Assembly: GCA_951406725.2 (NCBI GenBank)
Contig: OX597836.1
Span: 20,894,001 to 20,958,000, forward strand
Length of the DNA stretch: 64,000 nucleotides
Direction of reading: 5' to 3'
Source: Octopus vulgaris
Taxonomy: Eukaryota
Made by a program: the position numbers and the translations under genes. The notes under the pieces were generated by a model, which saw nothing but the letters and a program-made list of their open reading frames with translations, did not search any database and was not told where the DNA came from. Each line of letters begins with the position of its first letter. Positions within the stretch are counted from its first letter, which is position 1. Below are positions 54,823 to 64,000 of the stretch, one piece after another.

Positions 54823-55556
54823 AATGAGACATGGTTCTCCAACCAATTTATGAGGGTAATAACTCTAATAAAAGAACTGACATGGATTGTGACAATTCAT
54901 TCAACACATGCCAGCACAGAAAGCCGATGTCAAATGGCAATCACAATGCCTATCCAGTTATTAGCTACTCTGATGATTAAATATAGTCAGTTCTACTAAA
55001 TGGTAAGTAGAAGTTAAAGGCCAAACTAAAAGCCAAAATTAACAACACAATCATTGTATCTCTCCTGCAAAAACACAACCGACACAAAAAAATAGAATAT
55101 TTGATAAAATCATATGAAATAATTTCAGTTCACATACAAGTACTCACAAACTGAGTCTGTTTCACGTTCATATTGTTTTTCCTTTTTAAACAAAAGACTT
55201 TTTTACTGATTTCAATCACATCTAATGGTACTATTTCATCAATGCTTACCAGACTGCTAAGTTATGCTTTGACATAAAGAGACACATTAATGGTTTTAGA
55301 CTAGTAAACATAAACATATGTGTATAAATATATGTATATTTTTAGAACAATGGCCAGAAAAGAATACAGTTTGTAACACAGTTCTACTTTACTCATAACA
55401 TACACCTTTGAAAATCAACAAATGTGAAAAATGATTAAGTGTGTTTGTGTGTATATTATACATATATATTTCGCTTTGGCATTGCAAGACTAATAACCTG
55501 GTGTAGAACTCAATATACGTATGTTTCAGAATGAAGCAATGGTCAAGTATAGAGTA

Positions 55557-55900
55557 AAAGGTAAAGACCCCCTTCGGTCATGAATGACCATGGGATTGCA
55601 CCTAGAAAGTTACCCTCCTAGACACAAGTCCGGGCAAGGTTGTTTATGGAAGACCAGCAGTCGCCCATGCATACCAGCCTCCCCTCTCCACGCCACTAGT
55701 GTTATCCAAGGGAAAGACAAAGGTCGATACAGCTTGGCACCAGTGACGTCGCAACTCATTTCTACAGCTGAGTGAACTGGAGCAACGTGAAATAAAGTGC
55801 CTTGCTCAAGAACACAACACGCAGCCCGGTCCGGGATTTGAGCTCACAACCTCACGATCGTAAGCTCGACGCTCTAACCACTGAGCCATGCGCCTTCACA
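55557..55900 (-). mobile_element. SINE family C, full-length young insertion with 15-bp TSD
   Basis: tRNA-like head GAAGGCGCATGGCTCAGTGGTTAGAGCG.., CpG-rich body, and exact TSD GTCAAGTATAGAGTA at 55542-55556 and 55901-55915. Confidence 0.9.
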
Positions 55901-55920
55901 GTCAAGTATAGAGTAGTAAT

Positions 55921-56123
55921 AAGAAAATGAGATGACAAAGGAATAAATGATTATCTTATGAACTTCATTAGCTTGCAGCTGTTTCTGCTACAAGATGTCG
56001 TGGACTCATCATTGGGTTACTCAGGCACTCAACTATGAGTTCACTGCATCTTATGGCAGAAACAGCTGTAAGCTAATGAAGTTGATAAGATAATTGTTTA
56101 TTCCTTTGTTATCACATTTCCTT
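55921..56123. repeat. About 200-nt fold-back (two arms of about 89 nt, 25-nt loop) made of inverted hammerhead-bearing Penelope-type ends
   Basis: The arms align with about 12 mismatches by hand count. Each carries GAAACAGCTG(T/C)AAGCT, and the left arm has TGATGAG upstream on the minus strand. Confidence 0.7.
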
Positions 56124-56884
56124 TTATATACACACACATACACCCCCACCCCCACACACACACATATTCTGCACATTTTCAACTTCATCTATTTCTTCTA
56201 CTTGTTATGATCAGTAACAAATCGTAGTAGGAAACTTTTGTTCAAAAAAGCATGCAGTAAAATCAAACCTGGAACTGAACGGTTGCAAAGTTAAACTTCT
56301 CAACCACACAGTTAAAATACCTAAAAAGTTATTTTCTTAAATTAAGCGGAAGTAACATACATTTCAAAAGTTTTTTAGTCATCAAATTGATCAGCACTCT
56401 GGAAAAGAAAAAAAGAGAGAGAAAAAAAACGGTTTTAGTAAAATTTCTTCACATGATTAAATTAGAATATCATTTAAATATATTAGATTTAATGAAAAGA
56501 TCTGATACATATATTGTAAAATTTTAAACTCAAGCTTAGTATGATAACCAGAATACCAATATATAAACTTTGTTGTGCAGAGAATGATCATGGCCATTTT
56601 GGGGGTCTTCAGAGCCAGCTAAAAAATCCTGATGCTGCCATACTCTCCTGGGCCTATGGCATTCATCAACACCAGATATGTTGCTTTAATTTGTCTCTGT
56701 ATCATGCCAGCATAGCAAAGAGGGTCTCTGAGGTACCATGTAAGACTTACTAGACTGAAAAGGCAGTTCATCATTTCCACATAACCTACGGTGGTGTTGC
56801 TGTTTCCAAAGTTTATTTTCGTTTCTCTATTTTACCAATTTTACTCACATATCTATCTTAAAATGAGCTGCTTGGCGGAGGTCT

Positions 56885-57200
56885 GCAGAGGATGACATGA
56901 CAAGCCTTGACTATTGGGATCGACTCAAAAAGCTCAGGCTTTGCTCCCTCCACCACTGCTGCGAACTCTATATCATCTGTATGATGTGGAAAATATTCCA
57001 TCAACATTGGCCATCCTAAAAATTCATCTGAGGCTTGGCCCCCATGCCATCCATCCACTACAGAAATGTTCGTGTTGTATCATAACACTATGACAGAACT
57101 ATTTCCCCTCAATTAGCCCTGCTCTCTTCAACATCATGCCAGACACACATAAAGGAGAAAATTGACTTCACGGCATTCAAACAATCCCTAGATATTTTAT
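56885..57200 (+). mobile_element. CR1-group LINE ORF2 C-terminal fragment
   Basis: MTSLDYWDRLKKLRLCSL..LYIICMMWKIF..PALFNIMP..FKQSLD matches the LxYxxRLxxLxLxSL and FKxxLD motifs. Confidence 0.65.
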
Positions 57201-58070
57201 TAGTTTTATTTTTATACATTTTTTATACTTTGCCAGTTTGTTGTAAACATATCTTGATGTGTGTGTGCACGTGTGTATTCTAGGTTTTTGAAAAATGTTG
57301 ATGTTGAAAGATGACACAATTTTTCATTATCCCTAAAGTGGCACAAGAGTTAATTCTGTTCATTCGGCTGTGTATACCTAGTTCAACTGCCCATGGATCC
57401 CAGCAGCTTGCTGCATGAACAGCAAAGTGTGAGACCAGTTATCCTAGAATCTCCAGGCCTTAACAGTCAACTGTGGGAGACTGGGTCTGAGGTGGTTTAA
57501 TGAATGCAATTTGATAGGATTGTGATGACTGTGATGAGGAAGTGTGTGGCATGACAGAGGGAGAGAAAGAAGTAGGGGAGAGATGAGATGTACGTTTAGA
57601 AGTTCAACTGACCTTGGTTGCTATATTAATCCTGAAGGTATTGCTCTGAGGCTAAGGAGTTCACTTTCCAACTACAAGGATCTGGGTTCAGTCCTACTGA
57701 GTGGCATCTTGGACAAGTGCCTTCTATAGCTTTAGTCTGACTAAAGCCTTGTCAGTGGATTTAGTAGATGGGTACTGGAAGAAACCCATCAATTGTTTGT
57801 GTGTGTGCGTAAGTGTCCCTGTCCCTCTGCCCCTTGTCTTGACATCACAGGATAGTCTTTAAGTGAAGATTGCCATCAAGCAGCCCAAGTCGTTTGTTTC
57901 CAGTCTTCCATGAAAAGATGCCGAACCATAGAGAAACATGAAGTTTGGCAACAGGAAGGTCATCCAGTCATAGAAATGTGCCTCAAAGAATTCCATCTGA
58001 CTCATGCAAGCATGGAAAAGTAGACATCAAAACAATGGCTATGATGATGGTAATCATCATCATCATTTAA

Positions 58071-58279
58071 CCCTTTTGATACCAACCCACCTAAAAAGGC
58101 CCCAGATTCTACAATATAAACTTGCTGTTTTAAAATGATCTAAATTATAATCTTCCATTGAAATTTCATGCTAATTTGTTCCAGACTACAGCTTAATAAT
58201 GAGAAAGTTATTTCATTAAATTCATTATTTTAAAAATTAATTTAAACAAAGGCAGCATGTATTAACAGTAACAAGAGGG
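58071..58279. mobile_element. piggyBac-type MITE P1-related, diverged
   Basis: TTAA|CCCTTTTGATACC ... GTAACAAGAGGG|TTAA. Confidence 0.65.
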
Positions 58280-58331
58280 TTAAACCACCCAGTATGATTT
58301 CATCAAAATTAATATCAACATACAAGTATAA

Positions 58332-58746
58332 CTCTTTTACTCTTTTACTCTTTTACTTGTTTCAGTCATTTGACTGCGGCCATGCTGGAGCACCGCCTTT
58401 AATCGAGCAACTCGACCCCGGGACTTATTCTTTTGTAAGCCCAGTACTTATTTTATCGGTCTCTTTTGCCGAACTGCTAAGTAACGGGGACATAAACACA
58501 CCAGCATCGGTTGTCAAGCAATGCTAGGGGGACAAATACAGACACACAAACACACACACGCATATATATATATACATATATACGACGGGCTTCTTTCAGT
58601 TTCCGTCTACCAAATCCACTCACAAGGCTTTGGTCGGCCCGAGGCTATAGTAGAAGACACTTGCCCAAGGTGCCACGCAGTGGGACTGAACCTGGAACCA
58701 TGTGGTTGGTAAACAAGCTACTTACCACACAGCCACTCCTGCGCCT
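58332..58746 (-). mobile_element. SINE family A, young full-length copy about 290 bp downstream of the exon donor
   Basis: GGCGCAGGAGTGGCTGTGTGGTAAG head to (GAGTAAAA)n tail. Confidence 0.9.
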
Positions 58747-59031
58747 ATGTTTAAAATATATCACAAGGTGCTTCTAAGTTATCTTTACAACTTTCACAGT
58801 TTATTGTATCTATCAAAGTTGAGATCCATCAACTTCTTTACAACCAATGAATCTTGCATGGAAGTGTTCTGATGTTTCTAATAAAACTTTGCCTGCCTAT
58901 GTTTTCCAATAAACTCTGCTGAATTATCCTAATTTTTCATTTTTTTCCTGAATTTTTACAAATTGTAAAGGTAATTTATGGACACCCTGTATTACAAGAC
59001 ATTATACATTAAACATTATAAATTTACTCAC

Positions 59032-59383
59032 CACCATCTCGTTAGAACTTTTGCGATGTTGTGAAGGAAGAACTGTAGTGTTGTTCTCATTAGATAATTT
59101 CAAAGTTTCCTGTCTGCTTTGTGTGAGAGTCTGATCCAAAACGTCTGGTGAATCACGTTGTGGTGGTGTTTGTCTTTTGTCGACTGGTGATGCAGGAGCA
59201 GCCTGGGCAGTGCTGACTGTGTTGTTCGAAGCAGCACTGCTCTCTAATGGAGGGCTCCGTGCAACCACCAGTTCAACCGGGCCACGTGCGCTCTTCAAAA
59301 GCTGTATGGCAGCTTTGTGTGAGAAGTCTAATGGCTGACCATCAATGGCCAAAATCTGATCTCCTTTTTGTAGCCTTCCATCT
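59032..59383 (-). CDS. MPDZ: Internal coding exon of multiple-PDZ-domain protein (MPDZ/MUPP1-Patj family): C-terminal half of a PDZ domain plus S/T/P-rich linker
   Basis: Acceptor ttttctctttttcag|A at 59384/59383 and donor GTG|gtgagt at 59032/59031. The 352 nt (1 + 117 codons) translate as (R)DGRLQKGDQILAIDGQPLDFSHKAAIQLLKSARGPVELVVAR...RKSSNEMV, a canonical PDZ C-terminal half (DGRL.xGD.ILAIxG, H..A...L). From memory this resembles PDZ1 of MPDZ/Patj. Confidence 0.9.
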
Positions 59384-59496
59384 CTGAAAAAGAGAAAAAG
59401 TTAAATATATATAAGTTAAAATCATAATTAGTAAAATCATAAGTAGTTAAAGATAGTCATTACCTATGGGTTCAAACTCTACCAAGATCAACTTAA

Positions 59497-59713
59497 CCCT
59501 TTAGTATTTAAACTAAAGTATATCTGGCCAAAATATTCGACCTGCTTTATCTTCAAACTGGCCAAATTTGGCACCTCACACCTACTCTACAATGTCATTC
59601 TAAATATTACCACATCATCAAACTCATGAAGCTACAAGATAATACAAGATAATTTCAAAACAATGTGAACAAATAAGCATTACCTTTAACAGAATAATCT
59701 GAATGTGAAATGG
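59497..59713. mobile_element. TTAA-flanked MITE family P2
   Basis: TTAA|CCCTTTAGTATT ... GAATGTGAAATGG|TTAA. Confidence 0.65.
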
Positions 59714-60569
59714 TTAAAATACTAAAATATCATACCAGTTAACTACAGGGGTCAGTTTCATTGACTAACACTCTTCTTCAAAACAACTATTACTTTTTTT
59801 TTTTTACCATTATTACAGCAATAATCTTTCAAGTCATCTTTCAATGCTCTTTTTCTTTAAACGAATAAACTGTTTATGGTTTTTTTGCTGTTTTTCCATT
59901 ATTTCTTCTGATCAAATTTTCAGATTAGTTTATCAAAACAATAAATCTTACCACAATCATCACAAACATATGATGATGATGATTATGAGGGGGAGGATGG
60001 TGATGATGAATATGATGATAATAACAATGATTACAATGATGGTAATAACGATGGAAGTTGTGATGATTAATATCTAGAAATAGCTGCAGGTATGGGTGTG
60101 AGGCTAATAAGTTCACTTCCCAAGTATCTAGTTTCAGGTTCACTCCCACAGCAATGCATTTTAGGAAAGTGTCTTCTACTATAGTCCTGGGCTGAGCAAA
60201 ACCTTGAGAGTGGATTTGATAGACAGAAACTGAAAGAAGCCTCTTGTGTGTGTGTGTGTGTGTGTGTTTGTGTGTACACACACACATATATATATACATA
60301 TATACACACATGAAGAGTATATAGGGATAACTTATCCAGGCAGGTACCATATATGAGCACTCGAGTATAGTCCAGATTCAGGCTACCACAGTGAGTTGTA
60401 GGAAGCACCTAGGATTGTTTAGAGTGAGCAATCCCACCAAAACTCTTCTGATGGGTAAATCCTGAGTTTGCCATACTGGATTATGAATATTTTCAGGAGT
60501 CTAAATCCAAAACAATTACAAAGAATATGGAGACTGGTACATCTTCAAGTTAATCTTTTAATTTCCTAA

Positions 60570-61300
60570 TCATGAGGGGATTCTGAAAAATTCCTAGCTT
60601 CAAGGGTACCACAAAAGAGTAGAGTTGTTAGCTCTTCAGGGAAGGTAGATCAACTGTTTAAGAGAATATATGCAAAATTCATGATGGTATACAATATATT
60701 TTTCTCTTTTTTGCAGATTTAATGAAAATGAAGCATAGGCAGTCATGAAGTTCCTCTTTTTGTAAGGCGAAATCCATGACAAGATGAAGGAAGTCTTGAA
60801 GAATGTGTGCCCATCTTACTCCACAGTGAAAATCTAGGTATCAATGTTTCAGACTGATGATTTTGAGGTCACAGATGAACCCTGGTCAAGATGGCCAATT
60901 TCCACGACCGCAGAGGACAAAAACCAATGTTGTTCATGGCATGATTCTCAAGGACCACCAGATTTCAGCAGAAGTTATGGTTGAGATTCTGGGAATTTCC
61001 CACGAAAGAGTTGACCACATCATTTATGACATTCTGGACATGAGGAAACTTTCTGCAAAATGGGTGCCAAAATGCCTAAACACAGATCAGAAACACATCA
61101 GAGTGACACCATTAAAGGCGATTTTGGACCAGATTGTGGCAAGAGAAGCTGATTTCATGACTCATTTAGTCACCATGGATAAAACTTGGCTTCGTCATTA
61201 TGCTCGTCAGACCAAGCAGCAATAAATGGAATGGTGCCACAGAGGTTCATTGTGTCCCAAGAAGTTTTGAACCCAGAAGTCAGCTGGAAAGATTCTGGTG
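60570..61300 (+). mobile_element. 5' portion of a mariner transposase relic (Himar1/irritans-like)
   Basis: PSYSTVK..DEP; ILGISHERVDHIIYDILDMRKLSAKWVPKCL..LVTMDKTWLRHY..TKQQ*MEW..QKSAGK. These contain the WVPxxL motif and the first catalytic D. Truncated and frameshifted. Confidence 0.85.
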
Positions 61301-62867
61301 TGTACACAAGGGATTATGAGCATTTGAGGCTCCTTGTTTTGACAGTTGTAAATGAGTTTCACTGCCATACCAGCAGTGTTTCCAGTCTCCCATGTAAACA
61401 AGTTTGGCTATGGGGAACAGCTTGCTTGGAAACAGGAGAGTATTGGCGACAGGAAAAACATCTGGCTATAGAAAAATTTACCTCAAAGAATTCCATCTAA
61501 CCTGAGAAAACATAGAAAATAAGTACCAGCTGAGCACTAGGGTCCATGTAATTGACATTCCTTTTCCTTCAAAATTCCTTGCTTTGAGTCAAAATTTGAA
61601 ACCATTGTTTTTATCATCATCTTGTGAAACAAATACAAAAATTACAACACACACACACACACACACAACATTTTTCTGCACAATTTCTGTTTACTGAATT
61701 CCACTCACAAAATTTTGGTTAACCCAAGGCTATAAAATGAAGGTGCCTTGCAGCAGAATCAAATCCAAGTCCACAGGCTTGTGTAACAAACTTCTTAGCC
61801 ACAGGGCTTTGTTAGTGCAATTATCTAATTTAACTGCATCTAAATAACAAACGGGATGGTCATAGCTGGAATGGTTTCGATTATCAGTCTGATCAGGCAG
61901 AGCTGACCATGGTTAAGCTCTCCCTTTTTCCCTAGATACACACAAACATTTACTATCGCTATTTCAACAACAACAACAACCATCATCATCATCAATATAA
62001 TTGTACTTCATTGTTACTTTACCATCAATAATTAAGGAGGCGCTTGTATTTCCAGCCAACCCTACCGCAACCCCAGTTTGCTAAATAGCTTTTGGTTGTT
62101 CCTATTACAATGGTGGCTCTTCACCTCAATTCATTGAAGAATAAAAATGATGATACCAAACAGAAAATATGTCAAAACACATTTAAACAGTTGTTCAAAC
62201 TGTGCAATATAAATTTGATCAATCAGAAATGATTATTCAACAGACTTCAAACGAAAATCATGAAACCATTTACAAGAATTTCTATATTTATTGATGATGT
62301 TGGTGTTGTTATCAGTATTGATGTTGGTGATGCTGAAGTTAGTCTTATTTTCAAAAGTACTTATACATTTTGCTGTTTTCTATGGTGTGTTTTTTATTTT
62401 TAATAAACCAAACAAATTGTATTAAAAAAAGGAAAGTAATTTTTTAAAGAGGAAAGAAAGTTGTTTAATAATTCATGATTTCCAAAACAATTTTTATAAA
62501 TTTTTTTTTTATCATTTCAATTTAACGTTTCAAATTTTATTAAGTTAACTAGAGTGTTACCCATCATATAATGGGTAACTTTGGAAGTATATACATTCGC
62601 CACCATGGGTAATAATCAGAAAATATAACATACACACACACAACGATTATAATTTAACTTTTATTGAATTTTTGGGTGCTTATATAAAAACAATGAAATG
62701 AATAGTAATTTTCAAATGAAAAATATTTATTACCTTAAAATATAATTAGTAGAACGTCAATCAAAAAGTAAAAATTGAAAATAAAATTTTTCATGTGGAT
62801 TTGATATTATGGAAGTTCACATGTACACCCACTCCTCCATTCCCCTCCCCTCGTATATATCTTTTGT

Positions 62868-63061
62868 CTTTTATTTGTTTCAGTCATTATACTGTGGCCA
62901 TACTGGGGCACTGACTTCAAGAACTTTTAGTCAAATGAATTGATGCCAGTACTTATTTTCTGTTTCAAGCTTGGTATTTATTCTATCAGTCTCTTTTGCC
63001 AAAACGCTAAGTTACATGAACATGAATACACCAATTATTAAGCAGTGGAGGACAAATACAT

Positions 63062-63128
<67 letters not shown>

Positions 63129-63835
63129 ACAGGCTTCTCCTAGTTTCCATCTACCAAATCCACTCTCAAAGCTTTGGCAGGCCTGAGGCAATAGAAGATA
63201 TTTGTCCAAGGTGTCATGCAGTGGGACTGAACCTGGAACAATGTGGTTAGGAAACAAGCTTCTTACCACACAGTCATGCCTGCATACACACACACACACA
63301 CACACATTTATTCCCTTTTCTCCTCCAGTTTCTATGATTCTTTCTCCCTCACTGTGTGTGTGGGGGGGGGGCATTCATTTACCCCTTGCTTTACACCAAG
63401 CCTAGTTTCTGCACTCATCTTGTACTTCTTATGTTAACTTTCTGTATCTTTCACTCCTTATACAATGTAAAACATGACTGAAGAAATCAACGAACCAACA
63501 AGCATTTATCTTTTAACTTTTTATCTTTTTCTCGTTTCAGTCACGAGACTATGGCCACGCTGTGACATCAACTTGAAGAATTTTTTTAAAGCCTGGTACT
63601 TATTTTATCAGTCTCTTTTGGCAAACCACTATGTTACGGGGATGTAAACAAACCAACACTGGTTGTCAAGTAGTGGTGGGGACAAATACAGACACAAAGA
63701 CACACACACAGATTGTATATACACAACAGACTTCTTTTAGTGTCCTTCAACCAAACCCTCTCACAAGGCTTTGGTCATCCCAAGGCTATATTAGAAGACA
63801 GTTGCCCTAGGTGCCACGCAGTGGGACTGAACCCT
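62868..63835 (-). mobile_element. Two SINE family A copies (about 62868-63285 and 63525-63835)
   Basis: Tail, internal (CA)n and gcagtgggactgaacc head motifs in both. Confidence 0.78.
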
Positions 63836-64000
63836 GAATCATTTAAATCAGCTATTATTATATAAAGATAATACATTAACTGCATTTTCCTTTATTATGC
63901 AGTAGTGGAGCTGTACTACTTAAGAAAGAGTCGTGAGGAGGATAAGGAAGACAGAGGTGGTGATGGTAGTTATGATGATGGCAATGATAATGATGGTAAT

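Noticed and set aside
55825-55900. tRNA-like sequence on the minus strand (also about 4960-5030 and the family A heads)
   Set aside because: These are SINE heads with no closed acceptor stem, and they continue into SINE bodies. The 55.6-kb copy is flanked by a TSD.
59002-59031. ORF read-through beyond the exon boundaries (VSKFIMFNV; likewise 672-794 and 930-1022)
   Set aside because: These lie past canonical splice sites, and PDZ similarity stops at the boundaries. Intronic.

Overview
AT-rich animal genomic DNA packed with microsatellites and SINEs. The repeat content resembles a coleoid cephalopod, most likely Octopus (inference). The only host coding sequence I can support is two minus-strand exons of a multi-PDZ scaffold gene (MPDZ/MUPP1-Patj family): 59032-59383 (C-terminal half of one PDZ domain plus linker) and 795-929 (N-terminal half of the next PDZ). 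They splice in frame (...SNEMV|[10 protein letters not shown]...) across a 58,102-bp GT-AG intron that fills almost the whole window. The intron holds at least three tRNA-derived SINE families, RTE/CR1/Tx1-like LINE 3' ends, three mariner relics, TTAA (piggyBac-type), hAT and pogo-type MITEs, and a Penelope-like GIY-YIG remnant with decayed hammerhead-ribozyme motifs. The strongest lead is a roughly 4.8-kb TE-poor island mid-intron (about 28.35-33.2 kb). It contains a candidate alternative first coding exon (29182-29313, CCG|GTATGT donor, phase 0) that would give an N-terminally truncated isoform starting with a basic, AT-hook-like RGRPRK peptide. Several long intronic fold-backs are also present. 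No tRNA, rRNA or CRISPR features are supported, and nearly all listed ORFs are repeat artefacts.
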